Sequence record: SRR20825010_1514
Reading direction: 5' to 3' (one strand)
DNA length: 37,623 nucleotides
Below are positions 19,684 to 28,345 of this stretch, piece after piece. The notes beneath the pieces were generated by a model. It made no database searches. It was not told the origin of the DNA and saw nothing but the letters and a program-made list of their open reading frames with translations. Each line of letters opens with the position of its first letter. The first letter of the stretch is position 1. A program made the translations under genes and the position numbers.

Positions 19684-21546
19684 TTAGTTAAAAAACTGGT
19701 CTATTTTTTCCAATTCCATTAAGAAAGATGTTTTTCTTCCGTTAGGTGAATAATTCGGGTTCTTGCATGCAAAAAGTTGGTCGATCAATGAAGCCATTTC
19801 TTCTGGTGACAGCGTTGTCCCTACTTTTAAAGACGAACGTTTTGCGATTGATCTAGCAATGTTTTCATCGGCACTAATAGAGAGCTCCGATTGATTTTGC
19901 TTGAACTGTTCAACAAAGCCCTCGAACAATTGTTTTTCGTTGGCTGCTTTTAAATCTGCTGGCACTCCGTTGATCACTACAGTGTTTTTTCCAAATTCTG
20001 AAAACTCAAAACCAATGGCACTAATTTCATCTTTCATACCCATAACGAGGGCAAAGTCAGCAGGGTTGAGTTCCAAGCTTTGAGGAAACAACGATTGCTG
20101 AGAAGCACCTGATCGATTCTGGATCATCTGAAAAAAACGTTCATACAAAATACGTTCATGCGCCTCTTGCTGTGCCACTAATAGCAAACCAGATTTTACA
20201 TGGGTTGCAATATACTTTTTATGAATTTGAAAATACTTTGCCGAGGGTAAAACCGCTTCATGATTCGGTTTATAGGCCTCTGTTGTATTGGCAGCGCTCC
20301 CCATAGTGACCGTGTTTTGGGCTTCTGGGTGAATATCGAGCTGAGCGTTGTGTCTTTCTTCCTTTTCTATATCTTTCTGTAGCCCGTCATACAATTTTTC
20401 CCAGTGCGAAGTAGATTCACGCTTTTTGTCCAAGTCTCTAAACTGCCCATAATTTCTATCCGATTGGCTTGGGCTGGTTCCAGTGCTTGGGCCTTGGGGT
20501 TGTGGCCGGAAGGAGGCAAAATTGACATCAGCACCAAAATCTAAGGCAGGAGTAATATTGTGCGTCCCTAAGGCTTGTCTTACCGCAGCTTTTACAATGG
20601 CGTAGATTGTGCGCTCATCGTCAAACTTTATTTCAGTTTTGGTAGGATGAACGTTGATATCGATGTGCTTTGGGTCAAGTTCTAAAAAGAGGGTGTAAAA
20701 AGGAAAATTACCGTCAGGAATAAGTCCTGCAAAAGCGGTAGTTACGGCATGGTTCAGGTAGTTGCTTTTAATAAAACGGTTGTTCACAAAAAAGAACTGC
20801 TCGCCACGGGTTTTCTTGGCGAATTCGGGTTTCCCCACATAACCGTAAACTTTCAGCATGTCGGTTTCTTCTAAACAAGAAGCCATTTGCGCCTGGTATT
20901 TCTTCCCGAAAATTCCCACAATCCTATTGCTCAACTTACCAGAGGTGAGATGATACATCTCCAAATCGTTGTGGTACATGGTCATCTCCACTTCAGGGTT
21001 GGCCATAGCCACTCGTTGAAATTCATCTACAATATGACGCGTTTCTACCGAATTTGATTTCAAGAAATTCCGCCTAGCGGGAACGTTGTAGAACAAGTTT
21101 TTCACGCAGAAGGAGGTGCCAACTGGGGTTGAAACTGGTTCTTGCTTTTTTACTTCCGAAGCCTCAATCTGGAGTAAAACCCCAAGCTCTTCGCTTTCCT
21201 TTCTGGTTTTGGCTTCAACTTGGCTTACCGCAGCAATAGAGGCCATGGCTTCACCGCGAAAGCCCATAGTTTTTATGGTGAAAAGGTCTTCTGTAGAACG
21301 AATTTTAGAGGTGGCGTGTCGCTCGAAACACATACGAACGTCTGTTTCAGACATCCCTGTTCCATTGTCAATGACTTGAATAAGTGCCTTACCAGCCTCT
21401 TTTATGATGAGTTTTATGTTTGTGGTACCAGCATCAATGGCGTTTTCCAATAGCTCCTTTACCACCGAAGCAGGACGCTGGACTACCTCGCCAGCGGCAA
21501 TCTGATTGGCGATATTATCGGGAAGTAATCGTATTAAATCGGGCAT
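19684..21546 (-). CDS. mutL: DNA mismatch repair protein MutL
   Basis: NQIAAGEVVQRPASVVKELLENAIDA, GFRGEA, DINVHPTK, QEAHERILYE. Confidence 0.97.
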   Translation of the reverse strand: MPDLIRLLPDNIANQIAAGEVVQRPASVVKELLENAIDAGTTNIKLIIKEAGKALIQVIDNGTGMSETDVRMCFERHATSKIRSTEDLFTIKTMGFRGEAMASIAAVSQVEAKTRKESEELGVLLQIEASEVKKQEPVSTPVGTSFCVKNLFYNVPARRNFLKSNSVETRHIVDEFQRVAMANPEVEMTMYHNDLEMYHLTSGKLSNRIVGIFGKKYQAQMASCLEETDMLKVYGYVGKPEFAKKTRGEQFFFVNNRFIKSNYLNHAVTTAFAGLIPDGNFPFYTLFLELDPKHIDINVHPTKTEIKFDDERTIYAIVKAAVRQALGTHNITPALDFGADVNFASFRPQPQGPSTGTSPSQSDRNYGQFRDLDKKRESTSHWEKLYDGLQKDIEKEERHNAQLDIHPEAQNTVTMGSAANTTEAYKPNHEAVLPSAKYFQIHKKYIATHVKSGLLLVAQQEAHERILYERFFQMIQNRSGASQQSLFPQSLELNPADFALVMGMKDEISAIGFEFSEFGKNTVVINGVPADLKAANEKQLFEGFVEQFKQNQSELSISADENIARSIAKRSSLKVGTTLSPEEMASLIDQLFACKNPNYSPNGRKTSFLMELEKIDQFFN

Positions 21547-21561
21547 GAAAGGTTGAAGAAA

Positions 21562-21915
21562 TTACTTTCGCATTTTCTTCCAGATTAAATAAGGAACATA
21601 AAGAAGGGCAAGGTAGAAAATATCTTTTCCGATGTAAACGAAACCACCCACAAACAGTATTAAAATAACGAAAATGATCAAACGTAACATGATGGTTTGA
21701 TCCACTCCATTTTTGGCGTGCTTCATGTTTTTTCTAAAAGAGCCTTCAATTTGTGAACGATAGCCCGGATCGAGACTCGCATTTTCATTCATCCCCATTT
21801 CAGCTTTAATTCTACTGGTACGGTTTTCGATGTCTTCTTTAACAGGATCGTAGTACCGAGGCTTGATATCGTATCGCTGATAATTAGGTTTCTTTACAAG
21901 ACTTGGTAGCTTCAT
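21562..21915 (-). CDS. Small membrane hypothetical protein
   Basis: PRYYDP motif and two C-terminal hydrophobic segments; start placed at MKLPSLVK. Confidence 0.75.
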   Translation of the reverse strand: MKLPSLVKKPNYQRYDIKPRYYDPVKEDIENRTSRIKAEMGMNENASLDPGYRSQIEGSFRKNMKHAKNGVDQTIMLRLIIFVILILFVGGFVYIGKDIFYLALLYVPYLIWKKMRK

Positions 21916-21982
21916 AATATTGTTTCTTATAATTTGGCGTTCTTTATATCGCAAAGAATTTCGCTATAAACTGCGCCATGAG

Positions 21983-21990
21983 CAAATTTA
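21983..21990 (-). promoter_or_regulatory. -7 promoter element for the hypothetical-mutL-rhomboid operon
   Basis: Minus strand TAAATTTG (TAnnTTTG), overlapping the inverted repeat AGCAAAT-N9-ATTTGCT at 21981-22003. Confidence 0.5.
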
Positions 21991-22024
21991 TAGTTTATTT
22001 GCTATAACTAAAAATTACGGCATA

Positions 22025-24952
22025 ATGCTTAAAAAAGTTACTTACACCTTTCTTCTACTCACCCTTTTTGTTGCGGCCGCTAGTGCTCAAAAGATCTATT
22101 CAAAAATAGATACCGTAAGCCAAAAAGCTTGGGCCGATAGTGTTTTCAATAGCATGACTCCAGAAGAAAGACTGGGGCAACTTTTTATGGTGGCGGCTTA
22201 CTCTAATTTAGACGAAAAGCATTTTACTGAAATCGATGCCCAGATTTCTAAATACAACATTGGTGGTCTAATTTTCTTTCAAGGAGGAGCAGGGCGACAA
22301 GCCAATCTCACTAATCGTTTTCAAGCCAAATCAAAGGTGCCTTTGGCCATTGCTATGGATGCAGAATGGGGGGTGGGTATGCGGTTGGACAGCATAATGG
22401 ATTTCCCTAAACAGATGACTTTAGGCGCCATTCAAGATAACAGACTGATTTATGAAATGGGCAAGGAAGTAGCTAATCAGTTTAAGCAATTGAACATGCA
22501 CATCAACTTTGCACCAGTAGTCGATGTAAATGTAAATCCTAATAACCCCGTAATTGGCTATCGGTCTTTTGGTGAAAATAAATTCAATGTGGCCGAAAAA
22601 GGCGTGGTCTATATGAAGGGCATGCAAGATTTTGGCATTATGGCCAACGCCAAGCACTTTCCTGGTCATGGCGATACTGATGTAGATTCTCATGCAGATT
22701 TGCCCGTGATTAACCATAGCAAGGAGCGAATGAATGACATTGAGCTTTATCCTTTTAAGGCATTAATGAAAGATAGTTTAATGAGCGTGATGGTGGCACA
22801 TTTGCAAATCCCCGCTTATGATAGCCGAGAGAAAACCCCCACTACGCTTTCCAAAAAAGTAGTAACCGATCTTCTAAAAAATGAACTTGGCTTTGATGGC
22901 TTGGCCTTTACCGATGCCATGAACATGCAAGGCGTGGCAAAATATTACGAACCTGGCGAAGCTGATGTACGTGCTTTGATGGCTGGTAACGACATTATTC
23001 TTTTCCCTTTGGATGTATCCAAGGGCATTGACCAAGTAAAGAAGGCCATCAAAAAAGGAGATTTGACACAAGCTTCATTGGACTATCGGGTCAGAAGAAT
23101 TTTGGAGGCTAAATATTGGATGGGTCTTTCGAAGTACAATCCGATCTCTACCGATAACCTTACCGAGCGCATTAACACGAGTTATGCTGAAATGTTGAAT
23201 CGCATACTTTACCAGAAAGCGATGACGGTGGTGGATAATACAGATGAGCTTTTACCTATCATCAGATTGGACAGCACCAAATTTGCCTCACTGAACTTTG
23301 GTACGGCCGATAATCAGGAGTTTCAGAATACTTTAAGTAAGTATGCCAAGTTCGATCATTTTAAGGCTGGAACTACTTACCAGTCATTGCTAGACTCGCT
23401 GGCCTCTTACAATACCGTGGTCATTGGTTATGGTGGAATTACAAACGCCACCAAAGATCAGCATGGAGTAAAGTCGGAAGAGGTCCAGTTTATTCGTGAT
23501 TTGCAGGCCAAAACGAATGTCATCATTGTGGCATTTGGTAATGCTTATGGTCTTCAATTCTTTGATGGGGTAAAGAATATTATTTGCACTTATGAAGACA
23601 ATGAAATCACTAGAAATATTGCTCCGCAAATCATTTTTGGGGCGCTTCGTGCCGAAGGTAAATTACCCGTAACCACTGGCAGTTTCAAAAGCGGCACAGG
23701 CATTAAGACGATTACCGCGTCCCGTTTGGGCTTTGGGTTGCCTGAGGAAGTTGGGATGGATTCAGAAACATTGAGTGGCATTGATGCCTTAATGCAAAAA
23801 GCAATTGATGGAAAGGCAACTCCTGGTGGTCAGGTGATGGTAGCCAGAAAAGGGAAGGTGATCTTCAGTAAGAATTATGGCTATCAAACGTATGACAGTC
23901 TCATTGCCGTAAATGATGAAACCATGTACGATTTGGCATCAATTACCAAAGTAATGGCCAGTGTTCAGGTGCTGATGTATTTGAATGAAAACGGACTTAT
24001 CGACATGAATAAAACCTTGGGTGATTACTTGCCCGAAGTGAAAGGGACCAATAAAGAAGATTTAGTCATTCGGGATGTGCTTTTGCACCAAGCTGGGCTT
24101 CAGCCATTCATTCCGTTTTGGAAAAGAACGGTGGATAATGGCGTTTTGGATGAGGCCTATTATAGCGAGACTCCAGGCCCTAGTTATAAGTCTACTGTTG
24201 CCGATCACATGTATGGAAGCCCAGCCTTGGCCGATTCACTTTGGAAATGGGTAATTGATGCGGACTTGAGAAAAATGCCTAAGGACGAAGAAAAATATGA
24301 TTACCTCTATTCCGATATGGGCTATTATTTCTTCTATAAATTGGCCGAAAACATTTTAGACAAACCTTTCGATAGTTTCTTGAACGATAGACTTTATGCC
24401 CCACTTGGTTTACAAACGATGGGCTATTTACCTACAGAAAAGGGGTTTTTGGCAGAAATTGCCCCAACAGAAGACGATAACCTTTTTAGAAAAACTTTAT
24501 TGAGAGGAACTGTACACGACCAAGGCGCTGCGATGTTTGGTGGGATTGCAGGGCATGCCGGTCTATTTTCCAATGCGCTAGATTTGGCTGTCCTTATGCA
24601 AATGCATTTACAATTGGGTCAATATGGAGATCAAAAATATTATGACTTAAATACCATTCCCGCTTTTACTTCGCAACAAACCGCAGATAATCGCAGAGGA
24701 ATGGGCTGGGACAAGCCGATTGTGGGTAAAGACGAAGGGCCAACCTCGCGTTACTCCTCAGCGTCTACCTTTGGGCACTCTGGATTTACCGGCACTGCCG
24801 TTTGGGCCGATCCTGAGCAGGAGCTAGTATATATCTTCCTTGCGAATAGGGTTTATCCGAATGCAGAAAATGCAAAACTGATTCAGTGGAACATCCGTAC
24901 CAAGATTCAAGATTTAATCTACGAGTCGATCTGGAACTTTAATAAAGACTAA
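22025..24952 (+). CDS. GH3 beta-N-acetylglucosaminidase fused to a beta-lactamase-family serine hydrolase
   Basis: Signal peptide; KHFPGHGDTDVDSH (NagZ signature); FTDAMNM; C-terminal ASITK (SxxK), YSD, GHSGFTG. Start at MLKKVTY. Confidence 0.9.
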   Translation: MLKKVTYTFLLLTLFVAAASAQKIYSKIDTVSQKAWADSVFNSMTPEERLGQLFMVAAYSNLDEKHFTEIDAQISKYNIGGLIFFQGGAGRQANLTNRFQAKSKVPLAIAMDAEWGVGMRLDSIMDFPKQMTLGAIQDNRLIYEMGKEVANQFKQLNMHINFAPVVDVNVNPNNPVIGYRSFGENKFNVAEKGVVYMKGMQDFGIMANAKHFPGHGDTDVDSHADLPVINHSKERMNDIELYPFKALMKDSLMSVMVAHLQIPAYDSREKTPTTLSKKVVTDLLKNELGFDGLAFTDAMNMQGVAKYYEPGEADVRALMAGNDIILFPLDVSKGIDQVKKAIKKGDLTQASLDYRVRRILEAKYWMGLSKYNPISTDNLTERINTSYAEMLNRILYQKAMTVVDNTDELLPIIRLDSTKFASLNFGTADNQEFQNTLSKYAKFDHFKAGTTYQSLLDSLASYNTVVIGYGGITNATKDQHGVKSEEVQFIRDLQAKTNVIIVAFGNAYGLQFFDGVKNIICTYEDNEITRNIAPQIIFGALRAEGKLPVTTGSFKSGTGIKTITASRLGFGLPEEVGMDSETLSGIDALMQKAIDGKATPGGQVMVARKGKVIFSKNYGYQTYDSLIAVNDETMYDLASITKVMASVQVLMYLNENGLIDMNKTLGDYLPEVKGTNKEDLVIRDVLLHQAGLQPFIPFWKRTVDNGVLDEAYYSETPGPSYKSTVADHMYGSPALADSLWKWVIDADLRKMPKDEEKYDYLYSDMGYYFFYKLAENILDKPFDSFLNDRLYAPLGLQTMGYLPTEKGFLAEIAPTEDDNLFRKTLLRGTVHDQGAAMFGGIAGHAGLFSNALDLAVLMQMHLQLGQYGDQKYYDLNTIPAFTSQQTADNRRGMGWDKPIVGKDEGPTSRYSSASTFGHSGFTGTAVWADPEQELVYIFLANRVYPNAENAKLIQWNIRTKIQDLIYESIWNFNKD

Positions 24953-24990
24953 CCAGTTGAAAGAAAGTTGGCTTTAAAGCGCTAGAATTA

Positions 24991-26133
24991 ATGAATATTG
25001 GAATCGTGTGTTACCCAACCTTTGGTGGTTCGGGAGTTGTAGCTACAGAACTAGGAATAGGGCTGGCTAAAAAGGGATATAAAATTCATTTTATTACCTA
25101 TTCTCAACCTACCAGATTGGACTTCTTTAACGAGAATCTCTTTTATCACGAAGTAAACATTCGTTCCTATCCACTTTTCAAATTCCCTCCTTACGAACTC
25201 GCCTTGGCCAGTAAAATGGTGGATGTGGTGAAATACGAAAAGCTTGATTTGCTGCACGTGCATTATGCAATTCCACATGCTTCGGCTGCGGTGTTGGCAA
25301 AACAAATCCTGAAAGATCAGGGCATTGAAATTCCAGTAATTACGACTTTACATGGCACAGACATCACGTTAGTTGGGAAAGATCCGTCCTACGAGCCTGT
25401 GGTGACGTATAGTATTAATCAGTCGGATGGAGTTACTTCCGTTTCAGAAGATTTAAAGAAAGATACCTATAAACATTTTAACATCAGACGCGAAATTGAG
25501 GTGATTCCGAATTTTATCGACCTAGAGAAATTCAAGAAGCAGCGCAAGGAACATTTCAAAACTGCCATTTGCCCTAATGGAGAAAAACTGATTGTTCACA
25601 CGTCAAACTTCAGGAAAGTAAAGCGTATTGACGATGTGGTGAAAGTGTTTCATAAAATTCAAGAACAAATCCCTGCACGTTTACTTTTGGTAGGTGATGG
25701 CCCAGAAAGAGGCCATATAGAAACCCTTTGCCGTGATTTAGGCATTTATGACGAAGTAAGATTCTTAGGGAAACTGGAGGCGGTACAAGAAGTACTTTCA
25801 GTTGCTGATTTATTCTTAATGCCTTCTGAAAAGGAAAGCTTTGGTTTATCTGCCTTAGAAGCCATGGCCTGCGAAGTGCCTTTGGTCACTTCAGATGCGG
25901 GTGGTATTCCAGAATTGAACCTTCATGGTGTAACTGGTTTCGTGTCGCCAATTGGTGATGTGGAGGACATGACCAAGAATGCACTTCATATTCTGAAAGA
26001 CGAAAATTTGCCGACTTTCAAAACTAATGCGCTAAAAAGAGCCAAGGATTTTGATATCACGAACATTCTTCCACAGTACGAAGCCTATTACGAAAAAGTA
26101 GTCGCTGAAATGAAAGCGAAGGCCACGGTCTAA
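24991..26133 (+). CDS. bshA: N-acetyl-alpha-D-glucosaminyl L-malate synthase (GT4)
   Basis: IGIVCYPTFGGSGVVATELG, LHVHYAIPHA, TTLHGTDIT, SNFRKVKR, ESFGLSALEAMAC. Confidence 0.93.
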   Translation: MNIGIVCYPTFGGSGVVATELGIGLAKKGYKIHFITYSQPTRLDFFNENLFYHEVNIRSYPLFKFPPYELALASKMVDVVKYEKLDLLHVHYAIPHASAAVLAKQILKDQGIEIPVITTLHGTDITLVGKDPSYEPVVTYSINQSDGVTSVSEDLKKDTYKHFNIRREIEVIPNFIDLEKFKKQRKEHFKTAICPNGEKLIVHTSNFRKVKRIDDVVKVFHKIQEQIPARLLLVGDGPERGHIETLCRDLGIYDEVRFLGKLEAVQEVLSVADLFLMPSEKESFGLSALEAMACEVPLVTSDAGGIPELNLHGVTGFVSPIGDVEDMTKNALHILKDENLPTFKTNALKRAKDFDITNILPQYEAYYEKVVAEMKAKATV

Positions 26134-26144
26134 AAGGAACCCTA

Positions 26145-26945
26145 ATGAAGGTGAGTATTGTTGGTTGTGGTTGGTTAGGCTTAGCTTTAGGGAGAAAATT
26201 ATCTGAAGATGGCTTTTCTGTACTCGGCAGCACAACTTCAAAAGACAAATTCGATTTACTGTTTAAGGCCGGAATTACACCGTTTTTACTGAAAATGGAT
26301 CCTATGCCGATGGGTGAAAATTTCAATGCGCTTTTTCAAACCGATGTACTGGTGATCAATATTCCTCCAGGAAGAAAAAGAAATACACCAGAGTACTATG
26401 CTGAACAAATCAAGTATCTGAAGTATTTGGTGGATCAACATCAAGTGCCGAGAGTGATTTTTGTGAGTTCTACCTCCTACTATCCTAATACAGAAGATTG
26501 GGTAACCGAAACCACCGATTTCGATTTAGCAAGCGGATCGACAAAAGCAGTGGTATTGGGTGAAAGAGAAATTCGCCAAGTGGAGGCGAAACTTACTGTT
26601 CTCCGTTGTGGAGGCTTAATGGGCGAAGACAGAATTCCAGGAAAATGGTTTTCTGGCAAGGCCACTTCAGGAGAGAAAACCCTTGTAAATTATATACACC
26701 GCGATGATGTCATCAATATTATTCAACAATTGATAAAGGGTGATTTGCTAGAAAAAGGCACATTGAATTTAGTTTGTGCAGAACACCAAACGCGCAAAGA
26801 AGTACACGAAGCCATGGCGCATAAGTATAACTTCGACCAACCCAAATGGGAGGCGCCTGAGATTATTCCATCAAAAAAAGTATCCGGAAAAAAGCTTACT
26901 GACCTAGGGTATAGCTTCTTAAAACCGAGTCCTCTGGATTTTTAA
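26145..26945 (+). CDS. NAD(P)-dependent epimerase/atypical SDR (YeeZ-like)
   Basis: IVGCGWLG Rossmann motif, FVSSTSYY, LRCGGL, VNYIHRDD. Confidence 0.85.
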   Translation: MKVSIVGCGWLGLALGRKLSEDGFSVLGSTTSKDKFDLLFKAGITPFLLKMDPMPMGENFNALFQTDVLVINIPPGRKRNTPEYYAEQIKYLKYLVDQHQVPRVIFVSSTSYYPNTEDWVTETTDFDLASGSTKAVVLGEREIRQVEAKLTVLRCGGLMGEDRIPGKWFSGKATSGEKTLVNYIHRDDVINIIQQLIKGDLLEKGTLNLVCAEHQTRKEVHEAMAHKYNFDQPKWEAPEIIPSKKVSGKKLTDLGYSFLKPSPLDF

Positions 26946-26952
26946 AGAGAAC

Positions 26953-27120
26953 TTAGCTCTCGATTACCTCTAAAAAAAGCTCACCACGTTTCAGTTTGTT
27001 GATAGCCTTAATAGACTTCAGTCGGTTATTGATTTGGGTGAACATTTCATCTTCGGCTTGGGCTAATTGCCAGCCTTGTTTGTAGGCAACAGGTAGTGTT
27101 TGTTGTTTCTGATTTTTCAT
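26953..27120 (-). CDS. Small hypothetical protein, 55 aa (not in the ORF track)
   Basis: ATG at 27120 to TAA at 26953: MKNQKQQTLPVAYKQGWQLAQAEDEMFTQINNRLKSIKAINKLKRGELFLEVIES; fills the gap and has a candidate upstream promoter. Confidence 0.6.
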   Translation of the reverse strand: MKNQKQQTLPVAYKQGWQLAQAEDEMFTQINNRLKSIKAINKLKRGELFLEVIES

Positions 27121-27211
27121 GTCTGAGTTGTTTGACCACTCCTAAATAAAAAAATTGCTCAGTTAGTTCCCGAGATGACCATCGAGTACAATAATTTTTT
27201 TAGCTACATCC

Positions 27212-27239
27212 TAGACGAATAAAAGCCCATGAATGTTTA
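27212..27239 (-). promoter_or_regulatory. Candidate ECF sigma promoter for the 55-aa ORF
   Basis: Minus strand TAAAC-N17-CGTCTA. Confidence 0.5.
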
Positions 27240-27268
27240 GGTGATGTGAACCTAAACGCATGGGCTTT
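27222..27268 (-). terminator. Long hairpin, probable terminator for the 28193-27307 genes
   Basis: AAAGCCCATG-aat-GTTTAGGT-loop-ACCTAAAC-g-CATGGGCTTT; the minus strand ends in TTTTATT. Confidence 0.6.
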
Positions 27269-27306
27269 GGAATTTGTTATTTATAAGCTGTTTTTAACGT
27301 ATTTGG

Positions 27307-27723
27307 CTATTTCCAAACCCCTAAAATGACACCAATAATGGTAAACGCGATGGTGTGGTAAAGCGAATCAATCATTATCAAGCCAGCACTCTTTCTAGCG
27401 AAATTATAATTCAGTGCAGTAGTTGGAATAATGAAGAATAACCCCGTCATCAGCCCCATCATTCCACCCATTGTGGCGTCCATGTCCGGGTTTTCGCCAA
27501 AGCCATAAAAGAACATGGCCATACCAAAACTTACCACAAATGACAGAATCAGTGCGCTACCGAATAACTTGCCCATGTTTGCATTCTTGAGTTCGTCATC
27601 AGAGAGACCAACGCCCCGCTGCCAAGCTTTACCGAAAAGAGGGCCGTACCACATAGCGCCCAATGCGAAATAGGCCACTGTCGATACGACAACTGCCAAC
27701 CAATTGATGTTTGAAATGTCCAT
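27307..27723 (-). CDS. DUF1761-like membrane protein
   Basis: INWLAVVVS...LGAMWYGPLFGKAW; four TM segments; IDSLYH. Confidence 0.85.
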   Translation of the reverse strand: MDISNINWLAVVVSTVAYFALGAMWYGPLFGKAWQRGVGLSDDELKNANMGKLFGSALILSFVVSFGMAMFFYGFGENPDMDATMGGMMGLMTGLFFIIPTTALNYNFARKSAGLIMIDSLYHTIAFTIIGVILGVWK

Positions 27724-27746
27724 AGTTTATTAATTTGGTTAAAAAA

Positions 27747-28193
27747 TCATTTCTTAATTTGAACACCGGAATACAAATCATCAGGTAATCCATCTTCATC
27801 CCAGTCCAAAAAGCCGGTGAACTCTGCTTTGCCATCCATCCAGACAAATTTGTATGCGGTGGTGATATCATTTTCAGTGAGGTAAATACTATCGCCCTTT
27901 ACTTCCCATGTGCCGAAAGTTTCCATGGATACTTCCCCAGATAGATCTGTATATATGGAAGTATAATTTCCATCATCAGTATAGGTGGTCAAAATGGGTT
28001 TAATGCCAAGAATATCTTCCCAACTACCAATAGGGACTTTGAAGGCTGTTTCTTCAGGCTTTCCGTGATCTATTGTGACGATCATGGATTCGTTGTACCA
28101 TTCGCCTACAATCAATTCAGTATTGTTGGTTTTTGAACAAGAAGATATTGCACAAAGCGCAAGGCCGAGAAAGAGTAGTTTAGAAAGTTTCAT
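27747..28193 (-). CDS. Lipoprotein with lipocalin-like domain
   Basis: Lipobox AISSC; LIVGEW and GTWEVKGD beta-barrel motifs. Confidence 0.75.
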   Translation of the reverse strand: MKLSKLLFLGLALCAISSCSKTNNTELIVGEWYNESMIVTIDHGKPEETAFKVPIGSWEDILGIKPILTTYTDDGNYTSIYTDLSGEVSMETFGTWEVKGDSIYLTENDITTAYKFVWMDGKAEFTGFLDWDEDGLPDDLYSGVQIKK

Positions 28194-28345
28194 TCAGTTA
28201 TTTTTATAAAAGATAAGCAAAGGAAGGCAAAATTAGCCGTTCGCTAAAGTCTCTTTTATTTGAACTGTTTATTAAATGTAATTAATTACCTAATAATATA
28301 GGTAATCAATTCGAAGTTTTTGGAGCAGATCTGAGCTGGGAATGC

